Virus record (IMG/VR): IMGVR_UViG_2778261394_000006
Location: 1 to 47,808 of that record
Length of the DNA: 47,808 bases
DNA from: a virus
Taxonomy: Duplodnaviria > Heunggongvirae > Uroviricota > Caudoviricetes
Direction: 5' to 3' (one strand)
Part shown: positions 20,006-29,663 of the stretch, in pieces
Layout: each line of letters starts with the position of its first letter
How positions within the stretch are numbered: the stretch's first letter is position 1
Position numbers and translations under genes: made by a program
Notes under the pieces: model-generated
Told to the model about the DNA's origin: nothing
Seen by the model: only the letters and a program-made list of their open reading frames with translations
Databases searched by the model: none

Positions 20006-21320
20006 TGTTCAGGCTCCCTTGAGTGTTAATTTTTGCCAGACGACGCCCCGGAATTTTGAAAGCACTCAGCCAGACGTTCGGATCGCCCTGATATTCAGTA
20101 ATGCGACGTCCGGCTTCATCGTTGCGGATACGTTTATGCAGTTGCCCCTGCGTACTCATCATTTCTTTTTCGATGGACTGACGGGCGGCACTGAAAATTG
20201 CGTCCTCAAGCACAGCCAGCGTTGCAGAATCCGCAATCGCGCGAATATTGACGTCCTTATGTGCCGGAGAGTGTTTCTGCATAGCGATTAGCGCACGCTT
20301 GCGGTAGTCCAGCGCATTTTCACCAGAAAACGGTGCTGGCGCGTTTTTACCGCAGGCACTGAATGCGGAGTCGGCTTTTGCCTGTGCTTCTGCCAGGGCA
20401 GAGTCATTGCGTTCTTTTTCTGCCTCCTCGTCAGCCTTACGCTGTTCTTCCGCTTCGGAATCAGCCTTTGCTTTCTCCTCAGCGTCTTTAGCTGCCGCCT
20501 CGTCAGCTTTGGCTTTTTCTTCCGCCTCCTTTGCCGCAGCTTCATCAGCTTTACGCTGTTCCTCTGCTGCTTCATCGGCTTTGGCCTTTTCTTCGGCCTC
20601 TTTTTTCGCCTGAGCTTCGGCGTCCGCCCGCGCTTTGTCCCGCTGTTCCAGTGAGTCCATGCGCGTAACGACACCATCGATTTTCTGATTAATGCCTTGC
20701 AGGGCATCGCTCACAACCCCCTGTAACAGGGCCTGGAGTTCTTCTTTTTCCATCTCGATTTCACCTGTGCTTGTCACTTCAACCCCTGCGGGGATCCGGT
20801 CTTTATCCCACACGCCCAGCGAGCCGTGGTCTTTCGTCACCAGGGCGATGTGATCAACAAGGAAAGGAACGCCTTCGATTAAAAAATTGGTGTCACCTTC
20901 CTGTACTTCCACATTTCCTGATGTGCTGTTGAACACCACCGACGGGCTTGTCGAAACATCCCCCTCAGCGATTTCTTCAACAATGCTCTGGAGGTAAACG
21001 CGGCACACCGCCCATACCTCATCACCCCGGATATACGGCAGCATGACGCTACCGACGATCCGCGATTTAAAATCCTCCTCCGTCAGAACTGCGTCGTCAG
21101 GATGGTTTGTGATAACCGGAAGGCCATTGCATCGCCTTAAAAACTCCTCGTTCAGATAGAGCTTTGGATCACGCCAGACGTGCTCTTTCAGCCCGGCGCG
21201 ATAGGCAAGCCCGGTTCCGGTTATGCGCAAATTCACCAACCACATGTTGGAGAATTTCACCGGAGACGGTACGGTTCCGTCCCTGATGCGTTCTGCCACT
21301 TCAAGCTCGGTTAAACTCAC
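19998..21320 (-). CDS. Putative prohead scaffold/protease protein with acidic coiled-coil tandem repeats
   Basis: 440 aa; repeated AEEKAKADEAA units; position after head-morphogenesis gene. Confidence 0.5.
   Translation of the reverse strand: MSLTELEVAERIRDGTVPSPVKFSNMWLVNLRITGTGLAYRAGLKEHVWRDPKLYLNEEFLRRCNGLPVITNHPDDAVLTEEDFKSRIVGSVMLPYIRGDEVWAVCRVYLQSIVEEIAEGDVSTSPSVVFNSTSGNVEVQEGDTNFLIEGVPFLVDHIALVTKDHGSLGVWDKDRIPAGVEVTSTGEIEMEKEELQALLQGVVSDALQGINQKIDGVVTRMDSLEQRDKARADAEAQAKKEAEEKAKADEAAEEQRKADEAAAKEAEEKAKADEAAAKDAEEKAKADSEAEEQRKADEEAEKERNDSALAEAQAKADSAFSACGKNAPAPFSGENALDYRKRALIAMQKHSPAHKDVNIRAIADSATLAVLEDAIFSAARQSIEKEMMSTQGQLHKRIRNDEAGRRITEYQGDPNVWLSAFKIPGRRLAKINTQGSLNNG
20400..20650. 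repeat. Imperfect tandem DNA repeats encoding the AEEKAKADEAA coiled-coil segment
   Basis: Repeated gcttcatcagctttggc / ttcttccgcctc units; generates spurious ORFs on both strands. Confidence 0.6.
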
Positions 21321-22134
21321 GTTTGCCCTTCTCCGTTAAAAATTCGTCGGGTAGTTTCTGAGGGGCGTAGATCGGCAGAGCATCGCAACTGCAATAAACC
21401 TCCTCCCCGGCAGCAGTGATTTCGTCATAAAAACCATATACGGGCTTAATAAGCCCCTGCTCCAGCGCCCACGAATCGCGGAGGAGATAAATTTTCTCGT
21501 CGCGCTCTTTGTGGTCCTGTCGGTATTTGTAGCCCGGACGCCGCCAGTTAGAATGCCAGCGCAGAGCAATCGCACCACTCTGAACAGCCAGCAGATACTT
21601 AACGTTGCTCGCCAGCTTATGTCCCTGGTCAATTGCCACCCGGCGACTGATAAAATCCATATCCTTCACGGACTTCTGAAAACCGGACTTCACTTCCCGG
21701 CGATCAATTTCGCTCACCCCGTCAGGCGGAATGGACGTAACCCATCCCTGAAAACGCTGTATGGTTTTCTCGATAGCCTGTTCGCGGTTGAGTTTTATCA
21801 GGTTGGCACTGGCGAAAATTCGCCTGTCGAGTTCCTTACGAAACTCAGGTTTCAGTTTTTCAACAGTGATTTTTTTAGGGCCATCAGGAGGCTGATCCCG
21901 TAATGCCCCGCCGTCGATGACAAGACGGCTGTAGATAGCGGTGAGATGTTTTCTGGCTACGGTATCATCAGGGGTTTCTCGCTGAGCGGCTACACGGAGT
22001 TTCCGGCACCATTCGAGCAATGATTTTTCGCTATCCCACCCGTGATTTACGTAGTAGTTAACGGCATCCGTCAGAACCTCATACAGCGTCCTGATCCGTT
22101 TCTTCTTCCTCACCGCCCGGCTGGAAATTGCCAT
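21301..22134 (-). CDS. Putative head morphogenesis protein (Mu F-like position)
   Basis: ORF after portal; start uncertain (overlaps portal 3' end). Confidence 0.45.
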   Translation of the reverse strand: MAISSRAVRKKKRIRTLYEVLTDAVNYYVNHGWDSEKSLLEWCRKLRVAAQRETPDDTVARKHLTAIYSRLVIDGGALRDQPPDGPKKITVEKLKPEFRKELDRRIFASANLIKLNREQAIEKTIQRFQGWVTSIPPDGVSEIDRREVKSGFQKSVKDMDFISRRVAIDQGHKLASNVKYLLAVQSGAIALRWHSNWRRPGYKYRQDHKERDEKIYLLRDSWALEQGLIKPVYGFYDEITAAGEEVYCSCDALPIYAPQKLPDEFLTEKGKREFNRA

Positions 22135-23518
22135 CAGGCGTCTCCTGCTTCGGTGGTTCATAATTCGCCAGCGCGTCCACATCAATGATGAGTGGAGCTT
22201 CGCCATAGGTTTGCGTGGCATTAACAAGGCTTGCCAGCCATTCAGTGACGGCGGCACGGTTTTCAGGATCAACCTGTGGCGACACGGCAGAGAAAAGTGC
22301 TATCGCCTGTTGAATCACTTTACTGTCGCTTTCCCGGCGTTTGTCCGGCGACTCCTCCACCAGCTCCTGCCATGTCGCGGTAAATTCACGTCGCCACTGG
22401 TAAAACGTGGTTTTATAGTCATCAGTTATGATGTCCGGGTAATCATTTTTCAGCGACTGATAAAATTCCTCGTTCCAGGCGATGTACTGCACCAGGCGTT
22501 CGAAATAATCCATCACAGGTTCAATCTGCTGGCGTACACCATCGATATACTGGCTGATAGCTTTCGAATCCTCAGTTCCTTCACCGAAACCATTCGAGAA
22601 AGCCTCCTCCTTGATGAGAATCGCGGGAACATCGCTACCTGATGCAATATCAGAAATAATGTTGTCGCGGGCGGCATTTAGCGCGCCATCGATGTTTTGT
22701 AAATTCAGCGAGGTAACGTCCTCATCCTTCCCGATACTAAGCACACCTTTATTTTTTGCCTCTTTGACATTTTCCCTTTTTCGTCCCGTGGCGGCAGCCA
22801 TGATCCCGTCAAGTTTCGAACCATACTGCACAACTTTAGCCACCAGTACGCCTGCCTTCTGGCTGACGAGATCATTCGCCTCCATCGTATTGATATAGGA
22901 TTTCAGGGAATAAAGAACACGCTGAAACACGCTTCGCCCGGTGAATCCGAACGATGAACTCTGAAACTCCAGATAAATCGGTGTGCCATTGAAAATTTTC
23001 AGTGTGCGTGACGGATGCCAGTCTTTTCCGCCAATCTTCAGCTTTTTATTGGCTTCCTGGAAAAACGGGCTGTTTGGGTTCTGGTCAGTCACCATCGAAC
23101 CAGAAGCGTTCAACGGGTCCCACGCGTTGATATACACATCATCTTCTGTCAGTCCGAATGTCGGAAGCGGCTCACGACATGGAACACTGTCGGTGCCCAC
23201 GCCGATCGCTGCGGCACCGTAGCAACGAGACAGAAAAAACAGATTTTTAATCTTCTCGTTAACCTTCATACGTTCCCATACCTCCTGGAAACGCCGCACA
23301 ACCCGCTCGTCAGGGTCTGTCTCCACGTTGTACTGACGCGGCTTACACATCGCCATAAGTATGGGTTTTTCGACAAGTTTTCCGCCCAGAGGATGGAATT
23401 GCCACAGCAGCTTACACAATTCATAGCCAATATCGGTTCCCGGCTGAATTTCTTCAGCCTCAAGAATACGCATCAGTGCTGAACCGAGGCCGCCAGTAAT
23501 CTCGATCTCTGCCATCAA
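22079..23518 (-). CDS. Portal protein
   Basis: 479 aa, acidic C-terminus; immediately downstream of terminase large subunit. Confidence 0.7.
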   Translation of the reverse strand: MMAEIEITGGLGSALMRILEAEEIQPGTDIGYELCKLLWQFHPLGGKLVEKPILMAMCKPRQYNVETDPDERVVRRFQEVWERMKVNEKIKNLFFLSRCYGAAAIGVGTDSVPCREPLPTFGLTEDDVYINAWDPLNASGSMVTDQNPNSPFFQEANKKLKIGGKDWHPSRTLKIFNGTPIYLEFQSSSFGFTGRSVFQRVLYSLKSYINTMEANDLVSQKAGVLVAKVVQYGSKLDGIMAAATGRKRENVKEAKNKGVLSIGKDEDVTSLNLQNIDGALNAARDNIISDIASGSDVPAILIKEEAFSNGFGEGTEDSKAISQYIDGVRQQIEPVMDYFERLVQYIAWNEEFYQSLKNDYPDIITDDYKTTFYQWRREFTATWQELVEESPDKRRESDSKVIQQAIALFSAVSPQVDPENRAAVTEWLASLVNATQTYGEAPLIIDVDALANYEPPKQETPDGNFQPGGEEEETDQDAV

Positions 23519-23533
23519 AAATATCCTGATTTT

Positions 23534-24862
23534 TTACAACGCCGCGTAATTACCGTGCGCGATGATCAACCCATAGGTGTAACAATCGAAAAGGTCATCA
23601 GCACGTTTATGCGCGTTTTTATCCGCCAGGTGGAATCCGGCGATTTGTTTTATGAGGTGGTTTGCGGTGGTACGTTTGAATGAAACGGTCTTGTCGTAAG
23701 CCTCCCGGACGATTTTGCACATCCCCTGATAGTGGTAGCTGGATGCCATCACCGCCCGTTCGTCTTTACCTTTGCTGGTTAGTGCCGATTTAATCGGCGT
23801 CATATCCCAGCCTTCGGTTTCCGCCTTCTGGTTGAGGATTGCCCCCATCGCGGCGTCTTCCATAAAAATGCCCTGGCAGCCCAGACGCGGACGGCATAAT
23901 TTCGCGAGGCGCTCGAGGTTGTCATAAACGCCGGGGATATATTCAGGAAGCAATGACGCTTTAATTTGCGTCACATCCCAGTCAATAATCGTCAGTTTTG
24001 GCTCGTCCGAATACGTTGACTCATAAGCGAAATACACCACGCCAGTACCATCATTTTCGGTCCCGCCTTTCAGCGCCGTATCCATCACTGCGAAAATCAT
24101 GTCGCAGTACGGCGGCATCTCAATCGGCTGACCGTCCACCAGCAGCTTATCGACATCGAGTAACGCGTCTTTGGACCAGTCCACGAACTCTGCAAGATAT
24201 TCCTGCTGCCAGACGCGCGGATCGGATTTCTTCTCCGTTTCCTCCAGTTCTTCTTTCGGAATATACGGATTCGATGAAGTTGGCGCATGGTGCATGACAA
24301 ATCCCAGGGATTCATCGTGGCATATCGCGTAGAAAAAATTGCTCTCGTCGATACCGTTTGGTGTGGAAAATACCCACGCACAGCCGCGGTAATCGACAAG
24401 CGTCGGGCGTATAGCTCGGGGCCAGATTTCCTCGAGCATTTCCGGCGATTTAGTGAATGCTGCCTCATCAATCAGCACAGCGTGATATTTACGCCCACGC
24501 CCGGCCAGTTTGTTATTGTCCGTTACCCAAAAGTCGATGCGCCCCCCATTACGGAGAATAATGCGCTTTTCATTTTTTGACTGGCTGAGGATCAGCGGTT
24601 GCAGAACGGCGCTAATTTCATCCCAGATTTCCTGGTACTGGCGGTATTGTGCGGTAAAAATCCCCACCCTACCCGCGATAAGTTGCCCGGTGGTAGGAAC
24701 GGCAAATTTCCGCGTAGCGAAACTGGTAGCGATGTTTACCAGCATCACCGTTTTACCCCAGCGACGACCACAGCATACCGCGTGGAAGCGTTCCTCTATT
24801 GCCGCCGTCCATGCAGCTATTTGCCCCTCATGAGGTTTTGGGAGGTAGATTTCAATCGACAT
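23534..24862 (-). CDS. Terminase large subunit
   Basis: Walker A CGRRWGKT, Walker B AVLIDEAA, C-terminal nuclease-like Asp motifs. Confidence 0.85.
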   Translation of the reverse strand: MSIEIYLPKPHEGQIAAWTAAIEERFHAVCCGRRWGKTVMLVNIATSFATRKFAVPTTGQLIAGRVGIFTAQYRQYQEIWDEISAVLQPLILSQSKNEKRIILRNGGRIDFWVTDNNKLAGRGRKYHAVLIDEAAFTKSPEMLEEIWPRAIRPTLVDYRGCAWVFSTPNGIDESNFFYAICHDESLGFVMHHAPTSSNPYIPKEELEETEKKSDPRVWQQEYLAEFVDWSKDALLDVDKLLVDGQPIEMPPYCDMIFAVMDTALKGGTENDGTGVVYFAYESTYSDEPKLTIIDWDVTQIKASLLPEYIPGVYDNLERLAKLCRPRLGCQGIFMEDAAMGAILNQKAETEGWDMTPIKSALTSKGKDERAVMASSYHYQGMCKIVREAYDKTVSFKRTTANHLIKQIAGFHLADKNAHKRADDLFDCYTYGLIIAHGNYAAL

Positions 24863-25943
24863 TATCCACTCCCGGCATCGGCAGAGAGTTGTGGATAATT
24901 ATTTCGTTATTCTCACCACCCACGCCTTTTTTGAGGTTTTCAATCTCAGTGCGCAGCTTTTCGTTGCGAAGCCTCAGTCCTTCAAGCTCCAGATCATTGC
25001 GACTGTCAGTTGCACCACCAGCAGAACTTCCTTTCGTCGCCATTATCAGCTTGATAAGTTCGCGCCGGGCGGCAGCCTTATCCTCCAGCAGGATCTCAAC
25101 ACCAAATTTCCCGAGCTTTGCCCCTGCATATAATTGTCGCGCATCCCCATCAAGCAGAGTGGTATCAGCCATATAAAGCTGTCCCGTTCCCTCACCGCAG
25201 CACTTCGGACAATCCGGATTGGGTATGGCGTTATCAACAAAGCCGAGGCCTCCATATTCCGGCTCGGGTTTGCCATCTCTGGAGGCCTGTGCCGCTGCCT
25301 TATCGAATTCTGCAATATCACGCCACTGGTAGAGATGATTCTCGCCCCAGCAATAACGGCAGTTAACACGGCGAAATTGTGCCAACTGATTGGGGTCGGC
25401 CTGGACAATAGCCATCAACTGACTCACCAGTAAATCCAGGTCTGCGGTATAGCGTTTCTGATACTGATTGCGGAAGTAGCTGATAGCACGATAAACCCTG
25501 GCATTTCTAAGCATACGGCTGGCGTTGCTGTTAGCTGTCGCACCTTGCCCCTCATAACCAGCCAGTCGGTATGCCTCTGTCGGCTTTTTCCCCTGAGCAA
25601 CAAGCATCGCAAACTTAGCCTGCTGGTCAGAAATGCCGAATTCATCGGGGCAGAACGAAAATTCCTCCGCGTCGCCCTCATTCAGGCACGCATCGGATAC
25701 TGGCTTTTTTTTCTGAGATTTTCCGTTCCGCTTTTGCGCAGTCTGCGCAGATTTTTTCTGCGCACTTTGTTGCGCAGTTTTGCGCATTTCTGTCTGCGCA
25801 TTTTTCGGAGGTTTTTTGATGTAACGACGGGCTGTTGCGTAATTCAGTCCCCTTGCCTCACACCATGCCACCGGAGATACACCGGAGCGGGTGTATTCAG
25901 CAATATATTCCTGCTGCAACGCCCCCCAGTCCGGTCTGCTCAT
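24852..25943 (-). CDS. Putative terminase small subunit / DNA-recognition protein
   Basis: N-terminal HTH-like segment, Cys cluster CPKCCGEG, 11-bp overlap with terminase large start. Confidence 0.5.
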   Translation of the reverse strand: MSRPDWGALQQEYIAEYTRSGVSPVAWCEARGLNYATARRYIKKPPKNAQTEMRKTAQQSAQKKSAQTAQKRNGKSQKKKPVSDACLNEGDAEEFSFCPDEFGISDQQAKFAMLVAQGKKPTEAYRLAGYEGQGATANSNASRMLRNARVYRAISYFRNQYQKRYTADLDLLVSQLMAIVQADPNQLAQFRRVNCRYCWGENHLYQWRDIAEFDKAAAQASRDGKPEPEYGGLGFVDNAIPNPDCPKCCGEGTGQLYMADTTLLDGDARQLYAGAKLGKFGVEILLEDKAAARRELIKLIMATKGSSAGGATDSRNDLELEGLRLRNEKLRTEIENLKKGVGGENNEIIIHNSLPMPGVDNVD

Positions 25944-25946
25944 CAG

Positions 25947-26156
25947 TTAGTCCTGATTTTTATCCACCCTGAGTAGTTCACGCAGGGCAAAGGCATCCCC
26001 TTTTCTGGCAAGCTTAAACAATGCCGCCCGTAGTTCGGCTTCACCTTTCGCTCTGCCCTTACGGATGGATGCGTAAAAATCTGTCATTGCTTCCCGATTT
26101 TCTTTCAGTCGGTTCAGATCAACATCCAGAACGTCAGCGATTTGTTGTGCAGTCAT
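25947..26156 (-). CDS. Small hypothetical protein
   Basis: ORF trimmed to internal Met MTAQQIADVL; basic helical. Confidence 0.35.
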   Translation of the reverse strand: MTAQQIADVLDVDLNRLKENREAMTDFYASIRKGRAKGEAELRAALFKLARKGDAFALRELLRVDKNQD

Positions 26157-27066
26157 CCGGCACGCTGCCAGAGACTCGACTTTCGAATACGGAATCATTT
26201 GTCACCCCCATTGATATGCAGGGTGTCTTCTTCCTGTATTTTTCGTGAAGGATTTTTACTGCAGCGTTGTTCCAGGTGACCTGATGGTGAATGCGTTTAT
26301 GGCTGGCCCCCATCAGTGAGATTTTTACGCACGAGGGCGCATACATGACGGAGTAAAAACTTTTAACGTAGGTTCCGGAATCCAGATACAGCTCGGTCAT
26401 TCCGCCGCTGTTTTTCTGCGTCTGTTTCTGCCCTAACTGGACAGCACCGATCGTCATAAACAATTCACCACAGCGACCGAGATTCGTGTACGTATTCACA
26501 TCCTCGTTAATGCGCCCCATGAATGAGAACGGTCGATCAACCGAACAGATAAAGCTGTTCATTGCCTTGCGTTTCACCCACGAAGCATGGCCGCCATTGT
26601 CACCAAGAAAATCCCCGCCCTGCGACATAGCGATGGAAAGCGCAGGTATTGATTCGTAGTACGCCAGCATTTCAGAAAGGATCGCATCCAGTTTTCTTAT
26701 CGGGAAATAGGCCTGGTCATAGTTGCGATCCACCCGAAACTGGAACTCGTGATAATCATCATCGAGCTGAATGAAGTATTTACACCCGACCAGTTTTGCC
26801 AGGTCGAAACAGGCATTACGGGCGTAAAAAATTGAGCGGCGATCACCGAAATTATCGGCTTCGTCAAAACGACTGGCTATATCGGCTTTGGAAAACACCA
26901 GCACCTGTTCACCAAATTCAGCTATGTACTGATGCCGTGTCTTATCTTCATCATCAACAACGATAAAAACTTTTCCGGTATAGCCAGCACGACGCAACGT
27001 CCGGTAAGTCAGAACTTTGTCCGGGCGCCCGTGAGTCAGAATAAAGGCGCAAAAATCATCACGCAT
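26134..27066 (-). CDS. Hypothetical protein with glycosyltransferase-A-like DxD signature
   Basis: Start at second Met preceded by GGGAGGAGGAGG; motifs VFIVVDDED and QLDDDY; 8-bp overlap with ParB-like gene stop. Confidence 0.5.
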   Translation of the reverse strand: MRDDFCAFILTHGRPDKVLTYRTLRRAGYTGKVFIVVDDEDKTRHQYIAEFGEQVLVFSKADIASRFDEADNFGDRRSIFYARNACFDLAKLVGCKYFIQLDDDYHEFQFRVDRNYDQAYFPIRKLDAILSEMLAYYESIPALSIAMSQGGDFLGDNGGHASWVKRKAMNSFICSVDRPFSFMGRINEDVNTYTNLGRCGELFMTIGAVQLGQKQTQKNSGGMTELYLDSGTYVKSFYSVMYAPSCVKISLMGASHKRIHHQVTWNNAAVKILHEKYRKKTPCISMGVTNDSVFESRVSGSVPDDCTTNR

Positions 27067-27850
27067 ATTCCTCCTCCTCCCCGCCATGCATGATCTCCAC
27101 CATGCGCTGCGTCATCCGGACAAATCCATTTTCAATAGCCTGCTGATAATCAATGATCACCAGCGCCGACTCCTCAAAAAGGTTCTGAATTTCAGCGGGG
27201 GCGTGAGCGTAATAGTCCGCAATTCTGCTGAAATTAAACACCGTGTGACGTTCTGCCGCGCACAGGAGGAATTTTTCGATATCAGGCTCAAGGGACGCCG
27301 AACGTATCCGGCTGACCAGCTCCTGAGTTTTCGTATCGTCGCACAGTTCACTGATATCCGGTTTATCGCCTGACGGCTCATAAACAGGCGTATCAATTTT
27401 CGTCGTGTACGGCTCCTCCTCATTTCCTGTACCTGGCAAAACATCCGTCAACAATTCATCAATTTCTGTTGGGCTGAATCCTGTCAGGGAGACATCAAAA
27501 TCAGCATTGATTAGGTCCGACAGCTCCATCCGTAACAGATCTTCATCCCAGCCAGCATTCATCGGCAGGCGATTATCTGCCAGGCGGTACGCCTTTTTTT
27601 GGTCATCCGTCAGACCAGACAGAACAATGACCGGAACCGAATCCATTTTGAGCACTTCAGCCGCCATAACACGACCGTGACCCGCAATAATTTCGCCCTT
27701 TTCATCAATCAGCACTGGATTAGTCCAGCCGAATTGCTTAATGCTTTCTACCAGTTGTGCCACCTGCTCAGGGCTGTGTGTCCTGGCATTGTGTGCATAC
27801 GGAGATAGTTCTTGTAACGGGCGATAGACGATCTTCAATTTCTCGCTCAT
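27059..27850 (-). CDS. ParB-like nuclease domain protein
   Basis: N-terminal ParB/Srx-like motif (NPVLIDEKGEIIAGHGR); acidic C-terminus. Confidence 0.65.
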   Translation of the reverse strand: MSEKLKIVYRPLQELSPYAHNARTHSPEQVAQLVESIKQFGWTNPVLIDEKGEIIAGHGRVMAAEVLKMDSVPVIVLSGLTDDQKKAYRLADNRLPMNAGWDEDLLRMELSDLINADFDVSLTGFSPTEIDELLTDVLPGTGNEEEPYTTKIDTPVYEPSGDKPDISELCDDTKTQELVSRIRSASLEPDIEKFLLCAAERHTVFNFSRIADYYAHAPAEIQNLFEESALVIIDYQQAIENGFVRMTQRMVEIMHGGEEEEYA

Positions 27851-28254
27851 ACAGCCTCGCTTTATGAATAAAAAAGCCCACTATCGGCCAGTGCGCTGGG
27901 TGCGCGGCGGGTGCTGATAACGAGCTTTGACATTATCGCAGCCCCTCACACTGAAGGGCTGCTGTAATGCCTGTTACTCACAAATCAAACGAGCATGCTG
28001 ACCACTCATTTCAATGCGTAAGTATTGTGGCTTGCCGTCAATCAACGCGGTGATTAACTTGTCACCTGTAGGTGTCCACATAATTTTCTCCTGTTTTAAT
28101 GCCCCTTGCCGCCAGGCAGTTGATCAAAGTTCATCTTGATTCGGCAAGATTTAGAATGAATAAGATAAAATTGGCACACGCAGCAGAATTTCATACTTTC
28201 CGGACGCTGACGCACCCTTCATTTTTCAGCAAAATATTCTGCTATTACAGGCGA

Positions 28255-28436
28255 TCAGTTCTGCATACACTGCCGAACACCGTCGACAATTTCACAAACC
28301 TGAGAAGATGTATCGAAAAGCTGGCGCGCCTTATCCAGACTGACGCATCCCGCCAGAAAAAAGGCACCAGTATCGCTACCAGTGCCCATTTCGCCGCCGT
28401 TCGCGGCATTCTGTGTGTCCAGTGTTTTCTGCTCAT
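28255..28436 (-). CDS. Putative small lysis-associated lipoprotein (o-spanin-like), interrupted by a frameshift at a T6 run
   Basis: Frame A encodes MSRKHWTHRMPRTAAKWALVAILVPFF; frame B continues LAGCVSLDK...; one extra T would give a canonical lipoprotein signal with lipobox LAGC. Confidence 0.4.
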
Positions 28437-28450
28437 AACACACCTGGTTA

Positions 28451-28828
28451 TCAGCGTTTCAACTGAAAGTGAGGCCCGTCTTTCAGTGTTTTCCAGTCCC
28501 CGCCCCATTCGATGGCAGTTCCCAGCTCTGCGGCAGCCTGCTTAAATGCCTGCGCGATTTTCTCGTACAGAGGCCAGTCCCATGACACCTGGCTGCCAAC
28601 CCAGGCAACAACATCCACCGCATCACCGGTCAGGTGGCGGCTGTTCATGGTCTGGCTTTTCCCTTCCGCGACCAGCTGTTTCTGGCGTTCTTTCGTGCGC
28701 AGCCCTTCCGTAATACCGAAATCAACCTCCGTCAGCTCCAGCGCACGGCGAACGACAGCAACCAGCTGTGGTTTAACGCCCTCCAGATTTTTTTCACTGC
28801 GACGGCTGAATCTGAATTTACCCGACAT
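28451..28828 (-). CDS. Endolysin, peptidase M15-like (L-alanyl-D-glutamate peptidase type)
   Basis: SRHLTGDAVDV and GGDW motifs typical of M15 peptidases; ATG preceded by GAGGTGA. Confidence 0.75.
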   Translation of the reverse strand: MSGKFRFSRRSEKNLEGVKPQLVAVVRRALELTEVDFGITEGLRTKERQKQLVAEGKSQTMNSRHLTGDAVDVVAWVGSQVSWDWPLYEKIAQAFKQAAAELGTAIEWGGDWKTLKDGPHFQLKR

Positions 28829-28830
28829 AT

Positions 28831-29106
28831 TCACCTCAACAATGGAAAGATTTTTGTGACGTTCCCGCGTGCGCGTATCACCAGCACGCAGAACAGCAGG
28901 TTAAAAAACACTTCCAGCCAGCCCGTTGCTAACGGGCGACCACACAGATAGCTGAGGGGCGCAAAGGCATACAGCAGCATCAGCAGCCACGCCAGCCATG
29001 ACATCAGCGGTTTATGTCTGGAATCACGGCGACGATAAAAAAAGAGCGTCAGCACGATAACCGTGCATAACGCTACATTCAGCAATCCGGGAATGTTACT
29101 TAACAT
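28831..29106 (-). CDS. Small membrane protein (holin/antiholin-like)
   Basis: 91 aa with hydrophobic segments; GGAGG before ATG; between holin and endolysin. Confidence 0.45.
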   Translation of the reverse strand: MLSNIPGLLNVALCTVIVLTLFFYRRRDSRHKPLMSWLAWLLMLLYAFAPLSYLCGRPLATGWLEVFFNLLFCVLVIRARGNVTKIFPLLR

Positions 29107-29488
29107 TGCCGCCTCCTCCACCCCGCAGACGGGAGAACAGGCCGGACACCAGTGATGCAATATCCTGCTGGTGGATGAACGAGAGAATCTTCACCGACAC
29201 CACTGACACCAGCACTGCACACAGTGCGTCGACAGGCGCACCGTCAAACCCTGTATGCTTTACCAGCCAGGATGCCAGAACCTCTGCGCCCAGCACGCCG
29301 ATAATGAACGACACCAGAAAATGCGCCGCCACACGCCAGGCTGAAAGCGCCTGCGGCATCGTTGCCACAAATAACGCCCCGGCGAACGCACCAAACACAA
29401 TCCCGAAATCCGTTCCGGTAAACAGCCCGAATACCGTCGCCCCGCCGAGCGCCACAGCCGTACCGGAACCGGATAAGGGTTCAGACAT
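29096..29488 (-). CDS. Putative holin
   Basis: Start MSEPLSG preceded by GGAGG; 2-3 predicted TM helices; first gene of lysis cassette. Confidence 0.5.
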   Translation of the reverse strand: MSEPLSGSGTAVALGGATVFGLFTGTDFGIVFGAFAGALFVATMPQALSAWRVAAHFLVSFIIGVLGAEVLASWLVKHTGFDGAPVDALCAVLVSVVSVKILSFIHQQDIASLVSGLFSRLRGGGGGNVK

Positions 29489-29507
29489 GCTTTTTCCTCC
29501 CACAAAT

Positions 29508-29529
29508 AAAAAAGGGCCTCCAGCGGCCC
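29508..29529 (-). terminator. Rho-independent terminator downstream of the AraC-family gene
   Basis: Hairpin GGGCC-tccagc-GGCCC followed by a T6 run on the minus strand. Confidence 0.55.
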
Positions 29530-29663
29530 GTAAAAACACCCTGTCAAAGGCACCCGCAGATGCCTTTTGTGTGGTGTTATCTGATGTGATGTGCGCCGGG
29601 CACGGCGCGGATATGAAAAAGGCCCGCCGCAGCGAGCCTGTTTTCAATGAGTGCAAAATTCAA

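Noticed and set aside
20288-20707. Lys/Arg-rich 139-aa ORF and a 68-aa + strand ORF within the scaffold-like gene
   Set aside because: Both are artefacts of the tandem coiled-coil repeats read in other frames
27851-28098. Possible cos/pac site between lysis and packaging genes (hairpin GCAGCCC...GGGCTGC at 27938-27962)
   Set aside because: Position is right for a packaging site but I cannot identify cohesive-end or pac motifs from sequence alone; the hairpin lacks a T-run so is not called as a terminator
28099-28545. 148-aa + strand ORF across the endolysin / lipoprotein junction
   Set aside because: Antisense to the lysis genes; no ribosome-binding site; better explained by the minus-strand lipoprotein frames
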